Shown piece after piece: positions 12,057 through 22,548 of a stretch of 64,000 nucleotides of DNA (its first letter is position 1; each line of letters starts with the position of its first letter). Both the position numbers and the translations under genes were made by a program. The notes under the pieces were generated by a model. That model saw only the letters and a program-made list of their open reading frames with translations. It did no database searches and had not been told where the DNA came from. The stretch comes from Sarea resinae (Eukaryota), in assembly GCA_026026165.1 (NCBI GenBank), contig JAPEUD010000003.1, positions 372,001-436,000 of the forward strand. The letters run 5' to 3'.

Positions 12057-15000
12057 ATGGCCAGGCTGCAGGCTGCCACGGTCTCGAACAAAGCCGTCGG
12101 GAAGAGAAAGCGGAAGGCTTCGGTGGATGCGTCAGAGGAGTTGCCACAGACCTCTTCCGCCGAAACATCCTCGACAACGACTTCGACTGTCCCAACGAAA
12201 GCAGACGATGGTGGGAAAAAGCCTCGTCGAACTAACAAAGCATCAAAGGCGCCTCTTCTCCGTCAGAAGTCATCTACTGTCGTGGAGGCTACTGTTCCAT
12301 GGCCGGAACACTTTACCAAGCTCGCCCAAACGCATCGTGCCTTGAATCTTGTGTATACCTTCTTCTGTACGCGCAAACACTTGGCAACTACTTTTGACAA
12401 TATCAAAAAGGCAGTGGAGGGGCATACAAAGCGAGAATTGTTGGTCGAGGATATATCACAGATGAAGGCTCTCATCCCAAGGGCCATCAACTTCACCTAT
12501 GTTGATGAGGCAATGCTACAGGTTCATGTTCAGGGTGACGAGGACGGTATAAGAGGAAGAAGCACTGTAGACTACGCGCCAGTGGAACCGCCCGATGAGA
12601 AGGACGCTTCCGGAAATCGTGATGTTCTCCTTTTCGAATTTGTTGATGGGGATCTGAAGAGGCAGGTTCAGCATGCCAAAACTGGCGAGCCAACGAAGCC
12701 GACTAGGAAACTGCGAGAAGAGGATTTGAAAATGCCCGTTTACAGCCAGAAGCAGATGATGACTCTAATTGAGAAGAGAAACGTCAAGTTTACGTCTGCC
12801 GTGAATACGTTCCTTGGCCAATGCGCTGCCGACAACGTCGACTCCGTGGAGGCTATCCAGAGAGAATTGAAATCCTTTCTACCTCAACCTGCTCAGAGTA
12901 GAAAGTGCACGCCAGCTCCCGAAGAAAGCCGGGCAAAGCTGCCCCCAACCATACCAAAGGAACGCAAATTGATCTCGGAAATCCTCGCAGAAATCAAGAC
13001 GAATGAATGGTACACAGGACAGATTGTACCAGATGGGCACCGAGTATTCGATCCCCAGCCTCCAATCTACGGGGATTTGAAATTTCAGCTTTCGCAGAAT
13101 ATGGTTAATGCCCTCTACAACACGCGCAATATTACTCAATTGTACTCGCATCAAGTCGAGGCCATCAACAACCTCCACGGCGGTTATCATGTTATTGTAG
13201 CTACTTCTACAAGCTCGGGAAAGTCGCTCATATATCAGCTGCCGGTGCTTAATGAACTAGAGCGAGATCCGAGCACGAGAGCGATGTATATATTTCCGAC
13301 CAAAGCACTAGCCCAGGATCAGAGGCGGAGTCTCAAGGATCTACTGCAATTCATGAAAGGTCTTGAAGATACCGTGGTCGAGACTTTTGACGGTGATACG
13401 CCCATGGCAGACCGGAATACGATTCGAGATGAAGGCAGGATCATATTCACGAACCCAGATATGCTTCATCTTACCATTTTACCACAGGAAGAGTCCTGGA
13501 GAAGCTTTTTGCAAAACCTTCGATATGTTGTGGTCGATGAACTTCACGTGTACAATGGACTCTTTGGCTCGCACGTTGCCTTTATCATGAGAAGGCTAAG
13601 GAGGATATGTGCGGCGGTAGGCAACCGTCGTGTGCAATTCATCTCGTGTTCAGCTACTGTTGCCAATCCAGAAGAGCACATGAAGACCATCTTTGGGGTT
13701 GACCAGGTTAAACTCACCGACTTCGACGGCTCTCCATCAGGGAGAAAGGAGTTCGTCTGCTGGAACACTCCATACAAGGACCCTGCGGACCCGACTTCTG
13801 GTAGAGGTGATGCAGTGGCCGAAGCCGCCAAGCTTTTCTGCCAGCTTATCCTGCGAGGCGTCCGGGTCATCGCTTTCTGTCGAGTGAGGAAGCAATGTGA
13901 GATTATCATCGGTGCTGTGAAGACTGAACTTGATCGTTTGGAGCGCCCGGAGGTCATGGCTCGGGTGATGGGCTATCGGGGAGGGTACACGCCTCAGGAT
14001 CGAAGGAAGATCGAAAAGGAGATGTTCGACGGGAAACTTGTGGGCGTCATTGCGACAAATGCTCTGGAGCTGGGTGTAGATATCGGATCCCTCGATGCCG
14101 TCATTACTTGCGGATTTCCGTACACTATAGCGAATCTACGCCAACAGAGCGGTCGTGCCGGCCGTCGAAACAAGGACTCACTTTCTGTCTTGGTTGGAGA
14201 CTCCTTTCCGTCTGATCAGTACTACATGCAGAATCCCGACGAAATCTTCACCAAACCAAACTGCGAACTTCAGGTTGACCTGCAAAACATGCTCGTCCTC
14301 GAAGGCCATGTCCAATGTGCCGCCTTCGAGATGCCAATTCGTCCCGACTCTGATTCCGCCTACTTTGGCCCTCTTCTACCCTCCATTGCAGCCGACCGTC
14401 TCGTGGAAGACGGCCTGGGCTTCTATCATACATCGCCACGGTTCCGGCCCAAACCCTCCAAACACGTCGCCATTCGCGACACGGAAGAAGAAACTTTCGC
14501 CATCATCGACACCACCAACGGTCGCAACATGGTGCTCGAGGAAATCGAAGCGTCGCGTACCTTCTTCACCATCTACGAAGGCGCCATCTTCCTCCACCAA
14601 GGCCGGACCTTTCTCGTCCAAGAATTCTCCCCCGAAAAGAAACTTGCAAAGGTCGTCAGCGTCAAAGTCGACTGGACGACCCAACAGCGCGACTACACGG
14701 ATATCGACCCCATTGAAACGGAAGCGATCCGCCGCTTGCCCATGCCCTCCCTCTCGCGCGCTTTCTACGGGCCCATCAAGATCTGCTCCGTCGTCTTCGG
14801 CTTCTTCAAAGTGGACCGGTACCGTCGCATCCTGGACGCCGTCGCGGTCGACAACCCGCCCATCGAACGGTTCTCCAAAGGCATGTGGCTCGACGTGCCC
14901 AAATCCGCGCTCGAGATCCTCGTGTCGCACAACCTCAACATCGCAGCCGCCATCCACGCAGCCGAACACGCCGTGCTGTCCCTAATGCCCAACTTCGTCA

Positions 15001-15662
15001 TCTCGATGCCCGGCGACGTGTGCACGGAGTGCAAGAACCCGATCAAGGAGTTCGCCGCGCGCGAATCGGCCCGCAAGCGGCCCGCGCGTCTGACCTTTTA
15101 CGACGCCAAGGGCGGCGCCGCCGGGTCCGGCATCAGCACCAAGGCCTTTGAGTTTGTCGATCTCCTGCTCGCGCAGGCAGTCGACCGCGTCACGGCGTGT
15201 CGTTGTGTCGAGGGCTGCGTCGAGTGCGTCGCCAGCGAGAGCTGCAAGGAGCTGAACGCCGTCATGAGTAAAGCGGGCGCCGAGGTGATTCTGAAATCTC
15301 TGCTTGGCGTCGAGATCGATGAGGACGATGTGCCGTTTGGTGAGGAGGGCGGACAGTTGCCTGCCGGCGTGGAGACGGTGGTTTTGGCCGAGGAGGTCAG
15401 GCCTAGGGGGCGAAGAGTGGTGGAGATTGTCGAGGTCAAGAGGGAGGATGCGAATGAGGCTGGTGGTGGAGCCGGTGCGAGGAGGAGGATCATTGGCACC
15501 GTTGAGGCCGTTGGAGATGGCCATGGCGATGGACATGAAAATCGTCCCAGCGAGGGCGTGGGAAACACCTCTGCCACTGCGCCTACGCCTGACCCTATCT
15601 CTACTGCCAACACCGACAGTCCGACCCAAGATATCCTTATCAAAAACGAACCCGTGGATTAG
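12057..15662 (+). CDS. HRQ1: RecQ4-like DEAH-box helicase Hrq1 (CDT1-like N-terminus, DUF1998 Zn-binding C-terminus), single exon, about 1201 aa
   Basis: LYSHQ, TSTSSGKS, FPTKALAQDQ, VVDELH, CSAT, GYRGGY, ATNALELGVDIG, QQSGRAGRR, HAAEHA, C.CVEGCVEC..C. Confidence 0.95.
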   Translation: MARLQAATVSNKAVGKRKRKASVDASEELPQTSSAETSSTTTSTVPTKADDGGKKPRRTNKASKAPLLRQKSSTVVEATVPWPEHFTKLAQTHRALNLVYTFFCTRKHLATTFDNIKKAVEGHTKRELLVEDISQMKALIPRAINFTYVDEAMLQVHVQGDEDGIRGRSTVDYAPVEPPDEKDASGNRDVLLFEFVDGDLKRQVQHAKTGEPTKPTRKLREEDLKMPVYSQKQMMTLIEKRNVKFTSAVNTFLGQCAADNVDSVEAIQRELKSFLPQPAQSRKCTPAPEESRAKLPPTIPKERKLISEILAEIKTNEWYTGQIVPDGHRVFDPQPPIYGDLKFQLSQNMVNALYNTRNITQLYSHQVEAINNLHGGYHVIVATSTSSGKSLIYQLPVLNELERDPSTRAMYIFPTKALAQDQRRSLKDLLQFMKGLEDTVVETFDGDTPMADRNTIRDEGRIIFTNPDMLHLTILPQEESWRSFLQNLRYVVVDELHVYNGLFGSHVAFIMRRLRRICAAVGNRRVQFISCSATVANPEEHMKTIFGVDQVKLTDFDGSPSGRKEFVCWNTPYKDPADPTSGRGDAVAEAAKLFCQLILRGVRVIAFCRVRKQCEIIIGAVKTELDRLERPEVMARVMGYRGGYTPQDRRKIEKEMFDGKLVGVIATNALELGVDIGSLDAVITCGFPYTIANLRQQSGRAGRRNKDSLSVLVGDSFPSDQYYMQNPDEIFTKPNCELQVDLQNMLVLEGHVQCAAFEMPIRPDSDSAYFGPLLPSIAADRLVEDGLGFYHTSPRFRPKPSKHVAIRDTEEETFAIIDTTNGRNMVLEEIEASRTFFTIYEGAIFLHQGRTFLVQEFSPEKKLAKVVSVKVDWTTQQRDYTDIDPIETEAIRRLPMPSLSRAFYGPIKICSVVFGFFKVDRYRRILDAVAVDNPPIERFSKGMWLDVPKSALEILVSHNLNIAAAIHAAEHAVLSLMPNFVISMPGDVCTECKNPIKEFAARESARKRPARLTFYDAKGGAAGSGISTKAFEFVDLLLAQAVDRVTACRCVEGCVECVASESCKELNAVMSKAGAEVILKSLLGVEIDEDDVPFGEEGGQLPAGVETVVLAEEVRPRGRRVVEIVEVKREDANEAGGGAGARRRIIGTVEAVGDGHGDGHENRPSEGVGNTSATAPTPDPISTANTDSPTQDILIKNEPVD

Positions 15663-15669
15663 ACATTCC

Positions 15670-16330
15670 TGCTCCACCACCATCTCCCTATTCCCCTCTT
15701 CCCCTATTCCCCTCTTCCCTTCTCCCTACTTCTCTACTTCCCCCACTCCCCACGTCTCTACTTCCCAACTTCCTTTCCACCAATCTCTGGCCCCTACTCC
15801 CCTACTCCCCTACTCGTCTATCCCCTATCCCCTCTATCAATCCACTCTTCTCCCTCTCGAACCGCGCCGCGCTGTTGCTTCCAGCCCTCTAGGTGCACTG
15901 GCGTTTTATATCTCTCTTTCTTTTTTCAAAGTTATTTTTTTTTTCTCTTTTCAAGGGCAGCAGGAAGGGTCTAGAGGAATTTCGTTCGGTTGGATTCGGG
16001 GTAGAGAGGAGAGTAGTCTGGTCTGATCAGGCTCAATACCACAATCATCTAATTAATCGATCAATCAATCAATACCACAATTAATCAATCGATGAATCAA
16101 CTTGATACCTGGCCTGTCTAGTGTTGTATGTAGTGAAGGGGCTTTGAGTAGGACAGATGGACTAGACTACCGTAAGTTAATGGGTGAGAGGGGTAGAGAG
16201 AAGGGTAGGGAGAGGGGGGGCAGATGGCTGGTATATTAGTCTATCTGCCTGTCTATCTGTCTATCTGTTTGTCTACGTGAGGCCTTCATCGCTGTCTTCT
16301 TCTCTCTCTCTCTCTTCCACCCTCATTCAT
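15670..16330. repeat. Low-complexity/microsatellite tract between convergent HRQ1 and ECM11-like 3' ends
   Basis: Polypyrimidine ctcccctact-type units (15670-15850), T-runs, duplicated tcaataccacaat with (ATCA)n (16033-16100), (CTAT/CTGT)n and (CT)n (16240-16315). Confidence 0.8.
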
Positions 16331-16587
16331 CCCACCGCCCCTAAATCACAAGTAAAACGCAAATTCGTAAATCATCCCTCGCCGGTCCTCCTCCCCCCAT
16401 TTTCATCCTCCTCCATCGACTCCATAAAGATCCCGTTCCCGTCCCTTGATATAAACGCCAGCCCCGCTCCTTGTTCCTTGCTCCTTTCGTCGTGCGAAGT
16501 AAGCAAAGAAACCCCGCCGAAGAATTAAGCGCGTGTAATGCAGCAAAAGAGAGAAAGAATTCTGTCCAAGCCAGTCACGCGAGAAGC

Positions 16588-18246
16588 TTAGGCCGCACCA
16601 CCACCACCACCACCACCGCCACCGCTGCCTCCACCCCTGAGCACATCCAAGCCGCCCCTCTTCATGCCCCTCAGCGCGTCCTCGATGCCAGCCCGACGTC
16701 TCTCGACCTCGTCCATGCGCAAATGTACCTCGTCCTCGAAGGCGCGCGCGAGCCTCCTCTTCTCGCGCCGGGCCTCGCCCATCTTGCGCACCAGCTCGCC
16801 GAAGCGCGACACGAACCACTCGCCGCAGTCGTCCCACTCGTCGATGGTCAGCCCCGCGAAGAACTGGCGCTGGGCCTCGGGCGCGTACGCCGAGAGCATG
16901 GCGAGGCGCTCCGGCAGCGAGGCCGACGCGAAGCCGAGCGGGAAGATGGGCGGCGCGGGGGAGGTCGCTGATGGGTTCTCGTCGAAGGGCTGCGCTTTGA
17001 GCGTCGAGTAGGGCAGCGTGCTGAGGGTCGACAGGGGGTAGTCGAGCGATGGCGGGGAGGCGATTAGGCTCGTTGAGGCGCTGTCGGCTGAGGAGTCCGT
17101 TTGGGGCGATAGGGGCACTTCCGCGCCGCGGTGGTCGGCCGTGTTGCCTTTGGATTTGGGAAGCTGGCCGTGTTTGTGCTGCCGTGGGCCGAGGTCTGGG
17201 TGTTTGCGCTTATTGCTGTTGTTCAAGTTCGATGGCCCGGCTTCTTGCTGTTTGTTGGCTTTTGAGGCTGCGGCGGTATGAGATGAGTTTTGTTTACGGG
17301 GCTTGCCAGACTTTGGCTGTTTGTGACGGCTTTTCGAGTGCGGCTTTGATTGCGGACGTGCGCGAATGGAGGTCTGCCACTGATCTTGTGAGAGGATGTT
17401 TGGTGGTTGCTGCTCCCCTTCGCGGGCGTCGGGCCGGATGAGCTCCTCGGTCATCTCTTCGTCCGCGTCACCGTTGGTGCTTGGCGGATACGAGTCATGT
17501 TGGCTTAGTGGCCGGTCGAGCAGACGTGCTTCGTATTGCGATTGTTGTGGACCAAAGAACCTCTCGCCGTCTCCTGCCACTCGACTACGGCTTCGACGTC
17601 CATTAATGGCATCATCGAAGTGGTACCCGCGTGCGGACTTATGCTGGAGACGGTTCTGATGTGCACTCGCTGATATTGTGGGGTCGTTGTCTTGCTCACC
17701 CAAATCCTCATCCTCACTAGGATTAGAGCCGTCTTCAGTGTCGCCCTCACTTCCTGAGCCAGAGTACTGGCCATGCTGCTGGTGTTGCCCATCTTCCTCC
17801 TCGCTCTTCAAATCATCCTGATTCGCCTGGCCGTAGCCACCATCCAACAGATCCGTATCATTGCCCTGCTGACTATCCTTGACCTGCACCTCGCTGACAC
17901 TCTCGTCTATTCCTTCAACATCGGTCTCGAACATATCGCCATGTAGCGCCTCGATTCCATTACGGCTCTGGCTCTGGCTCTCGGACTTGATCTCCAATAC
18001 CACCTGCTGTGAGCCGGGTGGAGGCGTCCCGGCATTGTGTAAGCTTCGATCGTAGGTCGTACTCTGTCTGTTGGGTGAGTCAAGTCGTGTAGGAGGGACG
18101 TCGACTCGAGCTCCAGCTGCAAGGGCGGCACGCTGACGATAGACCTTTCCCGTCGGAATGGCTGGATGGACTTCTTCGGTCTGAGAGAATCGTGGGATGC
18201 CTGATGGCACTGAACGACCGATGAATCTCTGAAGGCTTGCCGCCAT
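16588..18246 (-). CDS. ECM11: ECM11-domain protein with long disordered N-terminus, 552 aa
   Basis: C-terminal LDY....L..LPYSTLKAQPFDENP...QRQFFAGLTIDEWDDCGEWFVSRFGELVRKMGEARREKRRLARAFEDEV...MKRGG typical of the ECM11 domain. Confidence 0.82.
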   Translation of the reverse strand: MAASLQRFIGRSVPSGIPRFSQTEEVHPAIPTGKVYRQRAALAAGARVDVPPTRLDSPNRQSTTYDRSLHNAGTPPPGSQQVVLEIKSESQSQSRNGIEALHGDMFETDVEGIDESVSEVQVKDSQQGNDTDLLDGGYGQANQDDLKSEEEDGQHQQHGQYSGSGSEGDTEDGSNPSEDEDLGEQDNDPTISASAHQNRLQHKSARGYHFDDAINGRRSRSRVAGDGERFFGPQQSQYEARLLDRPLSQHDSYPPSTNGDADEEMTEELIRPDAREGEQQPPNILSQDQWQTSIRARPQSKPHSKSRHKQPKSGKPRKQNSSHTAAASKANKQQEAGPSNLNNSNKRKHPDLGPRQHKHGQLPKSKGNTADHRGAEVPLSPQTDSSADSASTSLIASPPSLDYPLSTLSTLPYSTLKAQPFDENPSATSPAPPIFPLGFASASLPERLAMLSAYAPEAQRQFFAGLTIDEWDDCGEWFVSRFGELVRKMGEARREKRRLARAFEDEVHLRMDEVERRRAGIEDALRGMKRGGLDVLRGGGSGGGGGGGGGAA

Positions 18247-19180
18247 CTTGATGAAAATGAGCAGTCAATCACCACACAGGTCCAAAAGCGTTCTTTGTCC
18301 TGCGATCTCGTCTCAAGATAACGAGGAAACGGGGAAGCTGGGCCAAATCTCGCATCGGACTTCTTGTATTTGGTGCCAAATAGACAGACCCCGACTGGTT
18401 ATATCAAACAGCCTCTGGAACAGACTCTTAAACAAATCTCGATCTTCTCAGTTCTCTTCGAAGAGAGTCATCACGTTCCAGGTCTGTGTTTTGAACGAAG
18501 CGCTAGCTGTGAGACGCGAAGCGACGCGTTTGAGGCGTTTGACAGGGTAGATCGAAACGAGACACGAGGCCCATTCGGACACCCCACATCGCGCGTATTC
18601 AGAACCTGTCTACTATGTCATCAATATAATTCTGTGGCTAGACACAGCTATCGCATTGGAATGGGTTTCTTTACTTCAGTTCCTATGTAGAAAGCTGAGT
18701 GTGATTTTGCGCATTAGATTTACTTCTATTGAAATGAAAAGCGCCAAGTCTGGGAGCAAGATATCATTGCCTGTCCGATGGTTTCTGTATCTTTTTGCTT
18801 CAACTCTTCCGACTCCTCCTAGCCAACAGCCAGCAGCGCCTTCCCCTTTTGCCTAATCCCTCCCAGATGACCAAATGAAAACGCCGTAAGAGCAAGCTCG
18901 TCAAAGGTATTAATCGCGACGAAATGCGCGTTGAGGACACGAATGATTAGACCGAGATGAGAGATGAGATCTGGGTAGAAAGAGTGGGGAAGAATCGCTC
19001 CATAGCGCCTGTGCTGAATAAGACAAAGAGAAGAGAATGGCTGAGGGGTGCAAGGAAGAGATTGAGAGGAATTGAAAATCAAGAGAGGGGGTTTTTCTTG
19101 AAAGACAAAGAGAAAAATACGAGATCAGCAAAGCGACTAAGAGAGCTATCAGCCGAGAGACTGACGCAAAAAGGGAACGA

Positions 19181-21181
19181 TCACTCGATCAAGATGTCAA
19201 CCGTCCAATCCAATACCTCCTCCCACCTGGGCATTCGTCGCGCCCTCATGAAAAATGATCCCCATCTTTTATCATCCATTAGGCCTTGAGTACCAGATGT
19301 GAATGCCGCTGCTTCCCCAGCACCGACACCCTGATTCTCTCTCCATTCCTTCTCGGCCCTTTCGCCCGCCTTCCGAATTGATACCTCTTCATCTTCGCAC
19401 CGATACAGATCACACTTGACACACTCGAGACAGGAACTCCCAGGGTTCGGTCTGAAATGCTCGCAGAAATGCGTATAGCCCTCCCTCGCAATGTCTTTGC
19501 GGCAGACGTAGCACATCTGGTAGCCGCATACGCAAGTGAGTTTGTTGCAGCCAGACGATTTGACGAATGAAAGGTTGCAATGCGGACAAGTGCGTTTGAT
19601 CGCTTCGGCCATAGCACGCTCGATGGCCGCGCGGAGAGCAGCCCGTTCCGACTCGAAACAGGTATGGATGTCGCGCCATTCTTTGTGGCAGGCTAGGCAG
19701 GAAGAGCGGGCGCAAAGAGGGTTTTGGCATGTGAACTTGAGGCCACGGTGAGAGCGTCGCACACGGGAGAGCGAGGTGGTGATGCGGGGCTTGAGGAAGG
19801 CGGGGATAGTGTTGGTGAGGGTGAGAAGGGAAAAGATGACGATGAGAAGAGGAATTAGGAATGGAATGAGGCCTATGCTGAGGAGGAATATGAATATTGT
19901 TGAGAGTGAGAGGAGATTAGTGCGTTTGAAGCGCCAGGAGTGGCGGTCCGTGGGAGGGACATAGATCTCGTCCACTTCAGCGTAGATGCAGTAGGGGCAT
20001 TTGACGAGAGACATTCGGCTCTTGAGGAGGGCTTCTTCTGCCAGTCGCTCTTCGAATTTGCGCCAGATACCGTCACCACCTTTTTCTTCGCTCAGTGCGC
20101 GATTGACGAGAGCTTGCGGGATGCATCCAGAACAATCTCCCTTTCCATCGAGAATGGGTGCAAAGCACCTCAAGGATCCTTTCTCGTGTTCGATGTTTCT
20201 ATTCCAACCCTGCCCGAAGAGCGCCTCGTTGACGGCATGGCGAACGCATCTGAAGCAGATAAAATGGCCTCCTTGGTCGCACGAAGATAGCTGCTCGAAG
20301 CTGGTAGGCATATAGCAGCATTGACACTCGTGGAGGGCATCACACTCCTCGGCCTCTAGGTCATTTAATTGAACGGCGGTGTTCCAGTCTTTCTCCTGCA
20401 ATTCTGCCTTTTGCCTCTGCAGAACCGGGACTAGGAGTGTCTCCAACAATTCCTGGTTCAGTTCAGCGCTCGCAGTATGCCGTAGAGTCGGCACCAATTT
20501 TCTATCGTCGTCCCCCTCTGCCACTCGCCAAGCAATCAAGGGATGGCTCTCAACTCCAGAAGATATTGTCTTCCTCCTGAAGAAGAAGCTACTCAAGCTG
20601 AACCGCCAAGACTTTGTTGCGAGCCCTAATAGTATTGGCCTTGTAGAAGTGTATGAATGGTTATTTTCGGCCAAGAGTGCATTGATCGCCGAATGACTGA
20701 GCCCTCTAAATTCGTGATAGAAGGCGTCTTTCACAGCACGTCTATATGCTAGGCTCCGGAATTGCTGCTCCAGAGGGACGATCCGCCGTCGTTCGTCGGC
20801 GTTGGCTGTGGTCCTCTCGACCCTCTGAGCCGGCACACCATCCTTTTCAGGTAGACGCCACCGCCCTCTGACCCATTTCGCTTTGTGTTTCAATAATGCC
20901 TCCGTGACGACGTGAAGCCGACTTTCCTCGTCAAAACTGATGAGCATCTCACGGAAGACTTCCGGTTGGACATCGGGGAAGATGGCGGCGAGAGCGAGGA
21001 GAGAGTCATTGAGAGTGCGGAGATTTGGGTCTTCCACCACTTCTGGCTCCGGCGGGGCATCTTCATGGATTTCGAGACTCTCCGAAGAGGCATCGGGTTC
21101 TGGCGATTGACTCGATGAGGAGCGGAATGAGAGTCGACGCGGACGATCGCCACGCGGTGCGAAGAGCGAGGTGAGCACCAT
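19181..21181 (-). CDS. RBR (RING-IBR-RING) E3 ubiquitin ligase, RNF216/TRIAD3-like, with N-terminal CUE-like region
   Basis: AIFPDVQPEVFREML; ECQCCY..C..GHFICFRC; KCPYC..CQNPLCARSSCLACHKEW..HTC; KRTCPHCNLSFVKSSGCNKLTCVCGYQMCYVCR..HFCEH. Confidence 0.9.
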   Translation of the reverse strand: MVLTSLFAPRGDRPRRLSFRSSSSQSPEPDASSESLEIHEDAPPEPEVVEDPNLRTLNDSLLALAAIFPDVQPEVFREMLISFDEESRLHVVTEALLKHKAKWVRGRWRLPEKDGVPAQRVERTTANADERRRIVPLEQQFRSLAYRRAVKDAFYHEFRGLSHSAINALLAENNHSYTSTRPILLGLATKSWRFSLSSFFFRRKTISSGVESHPLIAWRVAEGDDDRKLVPTLRHTASAELNQELLETLLVPVLQRQKAELQEKDWNTAVQLNDLEAEECDALHECQCCYMPTSFEQLSSCDQGGHFICFRCVRHAVNEALFGQGWNRNIEHEKGSLRCFAPILDGKGDCSGCIPQALVNRALSEEKGGDGIWRKFEERLAEEALLKSRMSLVKCPYCIYAEVDEIYVPPTDRHSWRFKRTNLLSLSTIFIFLLSIGLIPFLIPLLIVIFSLLTLTNTIPAFLKPRITTSLSRVRRSHRGLKFTCQNPLCARSSCLACHKEWRDIHTCFESERAALRAAIERAMAEAIKRTCPHCNLSFVKSSGCNKLTCVCGYQMCYVCRKDIAREGYTHFCEHFRPNPGSSCLECVKCDLYRCEDEEVSIRKAGERAEKEWRENQGVGAGEAAAFTSGTQGLMDDKRWGSFFMRARRMPRWEEVLDWTVDILIE

Positions 21182-21607
21182 CGCTACGTGATGGATGATG
21201 GACCAGAGTGCATGACAACTGAGATGGCGATGCAAGATGATGAACGGAGCGAATCGAGTGAATTGGGCCGCAGGACTCTATGATCCACCGAGCACTTTGT
21301 CGGATCCAATACTGATTGGCTGTGGAGGCCGCGATCGTGGCATCTCACGCAGCATGCAATTGATTGGCCACCAGAAAGTTTTTGGCTATCTGATACGACT
21401 TCAGCGACGACTCTGGCGATCTGGCGATGCTTGCGCGTCAAACGATACGTCTCGTGCAAAGTACAAAGTACCAAAGTCTCTCATCCTACTCGGACCTACA
21501 CGGTACTGAGGTATAGATGTAATGTAGCGTCAAATTCATCTACGGATCAATCTATTTCCCCCTCTGATGCATTCATCCTAGAGACATCCTGAATGAGGTC
21601 CAGCCTC

Positions 21608-21796
21608 TTAACGCCGCCCCCTCTCGTCCGGTCCAGCCTCCACCATATGATCAGAGCACATATGGCTTGATTCTCTCGAATAATCCGTCGTCACCCAATC
21701 ACATCTGACGTTGGTCCCGTAACGAGCCTGGCATTGCACGAAGTGCTCCTTCTTTCTGCAGCCACAGCTGTATCTGCGGTAATATTGAATGCACAT
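21608..21796 (-). CDS. 62-aa Cys/His-rich microprotein, putative Zn-binding; probable 5'-UTR intron about 21865-21813
   Basis: MCIQYYRRYSCGC..FVQC..GTNVRC..HMCSDH follows the MC-x-Y-x-CGC pattern of small fungal proteins; upstream GTAGAT...GCTGAC...TAG intron signal on the minus strand. Confidence 0.65.
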   Translation of the reverse strand: MCIQYYRRYSCGCRKKEHFVQCQARYGTNVRCDWVTTDYSRESSHMCSDHMVEAGPDERGRR

Positions 21797-22548
21797 TCTG
21801 GGTGATTCCTATCTACGCCGGGCGGTCAGCAAACAAGCACACTCAGGTCACAATAGCGGATCTACCTTTTTCGAACGACCAAGGGTTTTCCTCGATCGAT
21901 GTGGAGATGGGTAGTCTGCGTGTATATGGTAATATTTCTGAAGGCTATGTTAGGAAGGTGTCAATGAATGATGTGCTGTAATTCTACACTCACGTGTGAG
22001 ATGCTCTATTTGTTTGCAATGAAAGAGAACGGATCGGTTCTGTTTTGGATGATATCTAGGACTACTCAGGCTGTATATATGCTCAATATGGATTTGTATG
22101 AGGGCGGGTCTGTGGCCGAGTGGGCGCTTACCTATAATTGGCGGCGCCTACACATACACTGAGTCCTTTACTGGATTCGTGGATGGAGCCTTAGTATGAA
22201 CATAAATTGAAGATGAAACCTCCTGTTCTAGTAAAATCTAGTAGTCGCCGTATTCTCGGCGCTTCGTCAGAGATGAAACCACCGCATCTTCAAAAGCCCA
22301 AGCAAACCCAGATCCGTTCGTTACCGTTGAGCAATCAATGCCACAAACTTGCATCGTTTGTATTTACGTCTAGGAACTCACATCACTACATCTCATCGCC
22401 CATCAATGCGCATCGAACATCTACACACCTACCTTCCCTTTGGTTATTTGCTTTGGTTTCTACGTTTTCGTTACAATCGACCAGTCCAAGACGCCCAAAT
22501 ATACATAAGCATCTTCTCAGTTGAGCACCATGTCTCCAGCAATCCAAG

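Noticed and set aside
14155..16026. Overlapping 180-276 aa ORFs in other frames and strands of HRQ1
   Set aside because: Explained by stop-codon scarcity in the GC-rich part of HRQ1 and by the low-complexity 3' flank
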